Assembly (NCBI GenBank): GCA_035387745.1
Contig: DAOOON010000029.1
Location: 1 to 7,988, forward strand
From: an archaeon
Lineage (GTDB): Archaea; Iainarchaeota; Iainarchaeia; Iainarchaeales; CSSED10-239
DNA length: 7,988 nucleotides
Direction: 5' to 3'
A program made the position numbers and the translations under genes. Position 1 is the stretch's first letter, and each line of letters begins with the position of its first letter. The notes beneath the pieces were generated by a model. It had not been told where the DNA came from and ran no database searches. It saw nothing but the letters and a program-made list of their open reading frames with translations. This document shows, one piece after another, positions 1-5,094 of this stretch.

Positions 1-653
1 TTAAGATTTCTAGAAAGACTAGATTTAGGAATTTTAAGTTCTTTTAAAAGATAGTTTTGAGTTACATTTTTTGTAGATTTTAAAATATCAATAATTTTTT
101 TTTGTCTGTCATTTAATTCATCTAAGAAAATATTGTTTGTTTTTTTAGATTTTAGCTCTTTCTTCTTTTTTTTGTATTTAAAAAACGATAATATAATTAT
201 CAAAAAAACGATAACTATGCCAGAAATTATGCCTTCTAAAAAATAACTATTTAAATCATCATTTTGTATAATTCTGTATTGAATTTTTATTTGTATGTTT
301 TGATTACTGCCAGTAGAAATAATATTTATTCTTTTATTTGTAGATGTAATTCTTACAGAATTTGGGCTGTTGATATAATTAATTTGTGCATCTTTAGGTA
401 ATATTATAGAATAATAATATTTTTCAAAAATAGGGGTATTTAATTCAAATAACCAATTTTCTTTGTTTTTACTAGTTAATTTGTCTGTTTGAGTGATATT
501 AAATTCAGAATAATCTGTATTCCCTGAAATTATTGCGATTCCATCATCTTGAATATCAAATTCTAAATTCCCTAGATATTCTGAATAAACCGGATTTAAA
601 ATAAATAAAATAGAAAATATTAAAAGAATAAAACCAAATTTGAAAATTGTCAT
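1..653 (-). CDS. Membrane-anchored winged-helix transcriptional regulator, partial. The C-terminus lies beyond the left edge. Layout: N-terminal signal/anchor, extracytoplasmic domain of about 110 aa, one TM helix, then a cytoplasmic wHTH.
   Basis: Not in the ORF track. I translated the minus strand by hand from the ATG at 653..651 and found 217 codons open down to position 3. The TTA at 1..3 is out of frame, so it is not this gene's stop. Translation: MTIFKFGFILLIFSILFILNPVYS (hydrophobic leader), a polar Asn/Ser/Thr/Ile-rich domain, FLEGIISGIVIVFLIIILSFF (TM), KYKKKKKELKSKK (positive-inside stop-transfer), then LNDRQKKIIDILKSTKNVTQNYLLKELKIPKSSLSRNL, a typical wHTH recognition segment. From memory, this layout resembles the archaeal 'predicted membrane-associated transcriptional regulator' group (COG2512). 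The start codon directly follows the upstream stop (TAAATG). Confidence 0.6.
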   Translation of the reverse strand, partial: MTIFKFGFILLIFSILFILNPVYSEYLGNLEFDIQDDGIAIISGNTDYSEFNITQTDKLTSKNKENWLFELNTPIFEKYYYSIILPKDAQINYINSPNSVRITSTNKRINIISTGSNQNIQIKIQYRIIQNDDLNSYFLEGIISGIVIVFLIIILSFFKYKKKKKELKSKKTNNIFLDELNDRQKKIIDILKSTKNVTQNYLLKELKIPKSSLSRNL

Positions 654-1523
654 TTATCTTGCCCCTTTGAAGTACTTATATGTTTCTTCATAGCATTTAT
701 GTCTAATTTCTGCAAGATTTTGTGTTTGGGGCACAGTAAAGTCATAATAAAGATATACATATTCCTTGTCTGAAATAAGTTTTGGATTGATTGTATATTT
801 TGGATATTTCTTCAGTAAATTTTTCTTTATCTCCTTTAATTTCTCTTCTACATCCTTAAGTTCAACAGAAGTGACAGGCGCTTTCACCATTACTGGAATA
901 TTAACCCCGCCATAAGTTATTACTTTTTTTTCTAAAAATAGTTTATTTGGTATCTTTACGGTACCTTTTAGATCTGTATTAATTGGGTCAATAAAAACAA
1001 AGAAAGTTCCTATATGTTTAACTATACCTTCATCTTCTCCTATTGAAATATAATCGCCCATTCTAAATGGTTTTTTTGTAAGAAGCATAAACCAAACAAA
1101 ATAAGATAGAATAAAATCTCTAATAGCAAATGCAATACCTGTTGCTACAAGTCCTAAAAATATAGTTATATTTTCAGGAGTAACCCCCATTCTCCAAAGA
1201 ACAAAAGCAGTTGATAAAACATAAATAAATGAAATATATAATTTACTTAACAAGAGTTTTTGTTCTGCATCAACGCTTTCATCAAAAAGCTTGAAAACTT
1301 GTGCTTGAGTTAATCTAATAAATATGGTAGCTATAAAGTAGGTCCATAGCACAATAGATACGGTTTTTAAAGTTGTAATAACTCCTTCATTAACAGATAT
1401 CCAATTTTTATCATGTGCCATAACAATTGCAGTAATTGTTAATAAGAATGCGCCTAAAAAAATAATTAATTTGTTTATTTCATGTTCTGATTTATGAAAC
1501 CATTTTTTTTTTATTTTAAACAT
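654..1523 (-). CDS. Small-conductance mechanosensitive channel, MscS family
   Basis: 289-aa ORF with three N-terminal TM helices. The MscS pore/beta-domain signature follows: GLVATGIAFAIRDFILSYFVWFMLLTKKPFRMGDYISIGEDEGIVKHIGTFFVFIDPINTDLKGTVKIPNKLF, about nt 909..1163. It matches the E. coli MscS pattern G..G.A......N...G.....PF..GD.I....G.V..I......IPN. GTGAT lies 6 nt upstream of the ATG (revcomp of 1530..1534). A TATA-like TTTATATA sits at 1557..1564. Confidence 0.85.
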   Translation of the reverse strand: MFKIKKKWFHKSEHEINKLIIFLGAFLLTITAIVMAHDKNWISVNEGVITTLKTVSIVLWTYFIATIFIRLTQAQVFKLFDESVDAEQKLLLSKLYISFIYVLSTAFVLWRMGVTPENITIFLGLVATGIAFAIRDFILSYFVWFMLLTKKPFRMGDYISIGEDEGIVKHIGTFFVFIDPINTDLKGTVKIPNKLFLEKKVITYGGVNIPVMVKAPVTSVELKDVEEKLKEIKKNLLKKYPKYTINPKLISDKEYVYLYYDFTVPQTQNLAEIRHKCYEETYKYFKGAR

Positions 1524-1571
1524 CTCTAAATCACTTATATATATTGTTTGAATATGTTTATATAGTTTATT

Positions 1572-1733
1572 TTATTTTTTTTCCTTATTGAAATATCCCA
1601 TTTCTGTAAGCTTGATTAGAACAAGCTGTTTAACAACGTCTGCTCTTGAGCATCCAATTTTGTTTACCAGGCCATCAATTAATTTTATTTGCTCTTTTGA
1701 AAAATAAGGGCTAACTCTTGATTCTGAAGACAT
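1572..1733 (-). CDS. Small ribbon-helix-helix (CopG/Arc/MetJ-type) DNA-binding protein, 53 aa
   Basis: Not in the ORF track because it is under 60 aa. Hand translation from the ATG at 1733..1731 to the TAA at 1574..1572: MSSESRVSPYFSKEQIKLIDGLVNKIGCSRADVVKQLVLIKLTEMGYFNKEKK. The pattern is a beta strand (RVSPYFS), helix A (KEQIKLIDGLVNKIG), a G-x-S-R turn, then helix B (ADVVKQLVLIKL), as in CopG-like RHH proteins. GGTGA lies 4 nt upstream of the ATG (revcomp of 1738..1742). An in-frame stop at 1746..1748 rules out a longer N-terminus. Confidence 0.6.
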   Translation of the reverse strand: MSSESRVSPYFSKEQIKLIDGLVNKIGCSRADVVKQLVLIKLTEMGYFNKEKK

Positions 1734-1753
1734 TTTTTCACCAATTTATTTTA

Positions 1754-1832
1754 TAGTAACTATTTAAGTTCTATAATAGTAACTAAAACTCCAAAATGTT
1801 TATAAATTGCTGTGTGCTAATTAGTTACTAAT
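1754..1832. promoter_or_regulatory. Three copies of the palindromic motif TAGTNACTA (candidate operator array) in the divergent RHH / SAM-synthetase intergenic region
   Basis: TAGTAACTA occurs at 1754..1762 and at 1777..1785. The wider 12-mers, TTATAGTAACTA and TAATAGTAACTA, match at 11/12 positions with a 23-bp offset. TAGTTACTA occurs at 1822..1830, inside a perfect 13-bp palindrome ATTAGTTACTAAT at 1820..1832. By eye I found no further full copy elsewhere in the window. Confidence 0.45.
1799..1807 (+). promoter_or_regulatory. Archaeal TATA-box-like element for the SAM synthetase gene
   Basis: TTTATAAAT lies 53 nt upstream of the ATG at 1861. The identical 9-mer recurs upstream of the DHH gene at 5054..5062. 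AAGGAG at 1847..1852 lies 8 nt before the ATG, which implies a leadered transcript. Confidence 0.4.
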
Positions 1833-1860
1833 AAGTACATATAAAAAAGGAGAAAAAAAT

Positions 1861-2784
1861 ATGAAAAGAAATATTGAAGTAATAGAAAGAAAAGGAATAG
1901 GCCACCCTGATACAATTGCAGATAATCTTTCAGAAAGGTTGTCTGAAGAATTATTTAAGGAATATAAGAAGGTTTACGGAAAACCTAAACACTACAATGT
2001 TGATAAAACAATGGTGTGTGCTGGTGAAATTCACAAAAGAAAATTTACAAATCCAGTAAAGATTGTTTTTGCTGGGCAATATACTAAGTTAAAAAACATT
2101 AATGTAATTTTAGAAAAAGTAATTAAAGACATTTTATCTTTTGAAATTGAGAAAGGCATGAAATACGAGGTTTATAACTTCTTAAATCACGGCAGTCCAG
2201 ATCTAAATGATATTTTCGCTTGTAAAAAAGCAAATGATACAAGTTTTGCTGTAGGTCTTCCTGAAAGTAAAAACGAGAAATTAATTAAAGATATTGGAAA
2301 CTATATAGATTATCTTCATAAAACAGACAAGCATATTGGAACAGACAACAAAGTAATGTTTGCTTTTGATGGTAAAGAAAAGAACATATACATCGCGCTT
2401 GCATTTATTGATAATTTCAAATCTAAAGCAGAATATTTTAAGTATAAAGCACAACTTGAAGAGAAATTAAAGAAAAAATATAAAATAAAAAACCTACAAA
2501 TAAATATAGGAGACACAAAAGAAACGCAATTCTTGACAAAGACAGGTACCTCTCTAGAGATGGGAGATAGTGGGGCAACAGGCAGAGGCAACAGAAGAAA
2601 CGGCCTAATAACTCCAACAAGACCAATGACCTTAGAAGCATACTATGGCAAAAACAAAATAACGCACATTGGTAGAACCTATCAAGATTTGGCATTAACT
2701 ATGGCAAAGAAAAAGAAAAGAGATATTCTCTTGCTTAACAAGATTGGTGGAGATATAAAAAAGCCAATTGTTTTTGAGATTTGA
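1861..2784 (+). CDS. mat: Archaeal-type S-adenosylmethionine synthetase (methionine adenosyltransferase), unusually short at 307 aa
   Basis: Hallmark archaeal MAT motifs are present. ERKGIGHPD is at nt 1885..1911 and ANDTSFAVG starts at 2230. [29 protein letters not shown] is at 2542..2628, followed by [12 protein letters not shown]. These parallel the Methanocaldococcus jannaschii MAT as I recall it: [59 protein letters not shown]. A strong SD (AAGGAG) precedes the start. Confidence 0.9.
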   Translation: [307 protein letters not shown]

Positions 2785-2790
2785 TTTATT

Positions 2791-4290
2791 TCATTTCTCT
2801 AATATTTTTTTTGTTTCAGTTATTGCTTTTTTTGTATTTTTAATTATGCGTTTTGCAGTTTTGTTAAGGTCTTTATGAAGATGAACGGTTGTTTGTCCAA
2901 CTTTTCGTGTGATTCTCCTCTGATTTACTTCAAATCTTTTAGTTAATGCAACTATGCCATAACGTATTGGTCTAAATGTAATTATTTCTATAACTATATT
3001 TTTGTCTTTTCTTAGTGGCGGTCTCTTGTCTTTTATTTTGCTTGTAAATATTGCAGTAATTATTCTAAAGAAAACGCCGATTGCAAAAACCACAACAAGC
3101 CCTTTTGTTTCTGTGCCATAATAGTTAGTTGCAATCTTATTTATTAAAGCTCCAAGAAGCGCACCCACAGTCAATGCTGCTGCTTGAAACACCATAAAAA
3201 AGGTGTAATGAGTTATTAGGTTTTTTTGAAGGTTTTGGTATATGTATGTTGTAATGGACAGACCAAGACCCGCTGTAATAAAAGCATCAATAAAAATTAA
3301 AAAGCCTAAAATCGCAAGATTATTTGGGACTAAAATTAATGCTAAAGGATAGAGTGGTAAGAAAATCATTGTAGCCTTAAGTACTTTTGTTGCACCAAAT
3401 TTGTCACAAGCTTTCCCCCAGTAAAAAAGACTTAATATTACACCAATTATTGCAGTAATTTCTAAAGTTAGGTATTTTGTATAGCTTAGCTTTATGATTT
3501 CAAGCAAATAAAATTTATTGTAAGGCACCGTAATGTAAAGGCTAAAATAGTAAATAAGAATTACAATCATAAAGTAGAGATAAGTCTTATCTTTTATCAT
3601 CTCTTCTTTAAATACAGAAAACATTGGTTTTTTTGTGTGCACAGTTTCTTTTAGTATTTCTTCTTTGTCTTCTGTTCTACTCATTGTGTTAATATATAAT
3701 CCTGAAACAAATCTACAAAATCCTGAAAATATAAAAATTATTGTAAATCCAAGTAAACTATTTCTATTACTTATTGCTTGTAATAAATATCCAGCAAGTA
3801 TTAAAGGTATGATTGATATTAATTGTAAAATTACACTTTTTCGTGCACTATAGTTTCCAATTTTATTTAAATCAAATAATTTACCAATCCAATCAGTATA
3901 TACTGGCCCGATAAACTGGCTAATAATTGTTATTAAAAATGCAATAATTAAAACAAACCAAACTTGCATTTTTCCTTCAAAAAAGAGATGCGAAAATCCC
4001 ACCGGTATCCATAGGGCAGCATGCATCATTACAAAAAAAACAATCATCTGCTTCTTAGAGTTAAATAATTTTAAGATATCATAAGAAAAGAAGCAAACAA
4101 TTGCCGCAAGTAGTAGTGGTGCATAAGATAGTAATCCAACCTCAAAACTATTTGCGCCAAGTTCTAAAAGATAAGGCGTTAAAAAAACAGAAGTAAGGTA
4201 ATACATTATTGCCCAAAAAATTCCATCCAGTACAGAATATCTAAAGTCTGTTTTTTGCTGTTTTGGTGTCTGAATAAAGTTTAAAGTCAT
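2791..4290 (-). CDS. Major facilitator superfamily-like transporter (12 predicted TM helices) with a basic C-terminal cytoplasmic extension of about 82 aa
   Basis: 499-aa ORF. By eye there are six hydrophobic helices, then a charged central loop (NTMSRTEDKEEILKETVHTKKPMFSVFKEEMIKDK), then six more helices. This is the 6+6 MFS layout. The tail SKIKDKRPPLRKDKN...KRIIKNTKKAITETKKILEK is encoded by nt 2794..3041. Substrate is not inferable. Confidence 0.75.
   Translation of the reverse strand: MTLNFIQTPKQQKTDFRYSVLDGIFWAIMYYLTSVFLTPYLLELGANSFEVGLLSYAPLLLAAIVCFFSYDILKLFNSKKQMIVFFVMMHAALWIPVGFSHLFFEGKMQVWFVLIIAFLITIISQFIGPVYTDWIGKLFDLNKIGNYSARKSVILQLISIIPLILAGYLLQAISNRNSLLGFTIIFIFSGFCRFVSGLYINTMSRTEDKEEILKETVHTKKPMFSVFKEEMIKDKTYLYFMIVILIYYFSLYITVPYNKFYLLEIIKLSYTKYLTLEITAIIGVILSLFYWGKACDKFGATKVLKATMIFLPLYPLALILVPNNLAILGFLIFIDAFITAGLGLSITTYIYQNLQKNLITHYTFFMVFQAAALTVGALLGALINKIATNYYGTETKGLVVVFAIGVFFRIITAIFTSKIKDKRPPLRKDKNIVIEIITFRPIRYGIVALTKRFEVNQRRITRKVGQTTVHLHKDLNKTAKRIIKNTKKAITETKKILEK
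2805..2812 (+). terminator. Oligo-T tract (T8), a candidate archaeal terminator for the SAM synthetase transcript, embedded in the 3' end of the convergent MFS gene
   Basis: T8 sits 20 nt downstream of the mat TGA (2782..2784). Archaeal RNA polymerase terminates at oligo-T tracts (established knowledge). On the other strand this tract encodes the Lys-rich tail ...TKKILEK. Confidence 0.3.
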
Positions 4291-4322
4291 ATGAAGGTCT
4301 ATATATAATATTACATAATAGA

Positions 4323-4373
4323 TTTTAAATATTATTATTAGTAATTTTCCTTAGAAAAAACCAATATTTAAAA
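4323..4373. promoter_or_regulatory. Mirror-image pair of TATA-like elements forming a divergent promoter for the MFS gene (-) and the ArsR-type gene (+)
   Basis: AATATTTAAAA is on the + strand at 4363..4373, ending 25 nt before the ATG at 4399. The same 11-mer is on the - strand at 4333..4323, ending 32 nt before the ATG at 4290. It is a perfect 11-bp inverted repeat separated by 29 bp. Neither gene has a visible SD, which fits short-leader or leaderless mRNAs. Confidence 0.4.
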
Positions 4374-4398
4374 ACACAAAGTTTCTAAGATATTTTAT

Positions 4399-5019
4399 AT
4401 GATACCAATAGAAGATAAGATTACAATTGATAAAGAGACTTTAAAAGCCATAGCATCAGACACTCGTTTAGATATAATTAAACAACTAGATAGAAAAAAA
4501 CAAACTCTTTCTGATCTTTCAAAATCCTTAAAACTTAGTGGTCCAACAATTAAAGAGCATTTAGAGGTTTTAGCAAATGCTGGGTTAGTTAAAAAAGAAG
4601 AATCTTTTAGAAAATGGAAATACTATTCTTTAACTTTTAAAGGAAGAAAGCTATTAAGACCAAACGAGACAAAATTATTTTTAGCTTTAATAGTAAGTCT
4701 GTTTGTTGGCCTTGGTATTTTTGTGTTTTTAGGGCTATTTTCTGGAATGGGTTCAGTGGTATCTAGAAATTCAACACAATTAAATTCTGCAGATATGGTG
4801 ACGACATCTTCTGTAGATAACCCAGTTATTATTTCTGGAGAGTATTTAGAAACACAAATAGCAGATACAACGACACCTAAACAAAAAATAATAGAAGAAC
4901 CAATTAATGTTATTCAAAAACCGTTATTTAATTCTGGTTATTTTGTTTTAGCAATAGTTATTTTAATAATATTTTTAATTTTTGTATTATATATAAATGT
5001 AAAACAAAAATACAAATAA
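4399..5019 (+). CDS. Membrane-tethered ArsR/SmtB-type winged-helix regulator: N-terminal wHTH, TM helix, extracytoplasmic loop of about 65 aa, second TM helix
   Basis: 206-aa ORF. LKAIASDTRLDIIKQLDRKKQTLSDLSKSLKLSGPTIKEHLEVLANAGLVKKEESFRKWKYYSLTFKGRKLL is a classic ArsR-family HTH plus wing. TM1 is aa 93-114 (LFLALIVSLFVGLGIFVFLGLF). A Ser/Thr-rich loop follows. TM2 is aa 181-199 (YFVLAIVILIIFLIFVLYI). The tail is NVKQKYK (positive-inside). Confidence 0.75.
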   Translation: MIPIEDKITIDKETLKAIASDTRLDIIKQLDRKKQTLSDLSKSLKLSGPTIKEHLEVLANAGLVKKEESFRKWKYYSLTFKGRKLLRPNETKLFLALIVSLFVGLGIFVFLGLFSGMGSVVSRNSTQLNSADMVTTSSVDNPVIISGEYLETQIADTTTPKQKIIEEPINVIQKPLFNSGYFVLAIVILIIFLIFVLYINVKQKYK

Positions 5020-5036
5020 CCAACCTATTTTAAATC

Positions 5037-5042
5037 TTTTTT
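5037..5042 (+). terminator. Oligo-T tract (T6), a candidate terminator after the ArsR-type gene
   Basis: TCTTTTTTG begins 17 nt downstream of the TAA at 5017..5019, and no convincing hairpin accompanies it. A new TATA-like box follows at 5054. Confidence 0.3.
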
Positions 5043-5053
5043 GCCTTTAGATA

Positions 5054-5062
5054 TTTATAAAT
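5054..5062 (+). promoter_or_regulatory. Archaeal TATA-box-like element for the DHH phosphoesterase gene
   Basis: TTTATAAAT is identical to the 9-mer at 1799..1807 and sits within the palindrome ATTTATAAAT. It ends 32 nt before the ATG at 5095. AGTGA at 5081..5085 is a weak SD with a 9-nt spacer. Confidence 0.4.
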
Positions 5063-5094
5063 TTTAGAGATATAAAGTAAAGTGAAATAGATTT

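Noticed and set aside
1-3. TTA at the window start, read as the minus-strand stop (TAA) of the first gene
   Set aside because: It is out of frame with the ATG at 653..651. In-frame codons end at position 3 and the frame is still open, so the gene continues beyond the window.
1503-1512. A10 (T10 on +) homopolymer in codons 4-7 of mscS as a possible slipped-strand phase-variation switch; similar runs at 95..103 and 166..173
   Set aside because: The runs encode Lys-Lys-Lys stretches and are expected by composition in DNA this AT-rich. There is no evidence of length heterogeneity in a single sequence. It is only worth checking if read-level data exist.
1572-1733. RHH protein read as the antitoxin of a type II toxin-antitoxin pair
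   Set aside because: No small toxin ORF (RelE/ParE/VapC/CcdB size) overlaps or abuts it on either side. The next gene is a 289-aa MscS channel 48 bp downstream, which has its own TATA-like box and RBS.
2316-2695. Two minus-strand track ORFs (2316..2591 and 2438..2695), antisense to the SAM synthetase gene
   Set aside because: Both are fully nested in a gene with unmistakable conserved motifs. Their translations are low-complexity Leu/Phe/Ser/Cys strings, typical of the antisense frame of Lys/Glu-rich AT-rich coding DNA. Neither has a promoter or RBS signal.
3635-3853. Plus-strand 72-aa ORF inside the MFS transporter gene
   Set aside because: It is antisense to a continuous 12-TM ORF and has no RBS. 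Its composition mirrors the opposite-strand codons. It is most likely a chance ORF.
5033-5054. Possible terminator hairpin after the ArsR-type gene
   Set aside because: Only a 4-bp stem (ATCT/AGAT) can be drawn, which is not convincing. I kept only the oligo-T tract, as a low-confidence archaeal terminator.
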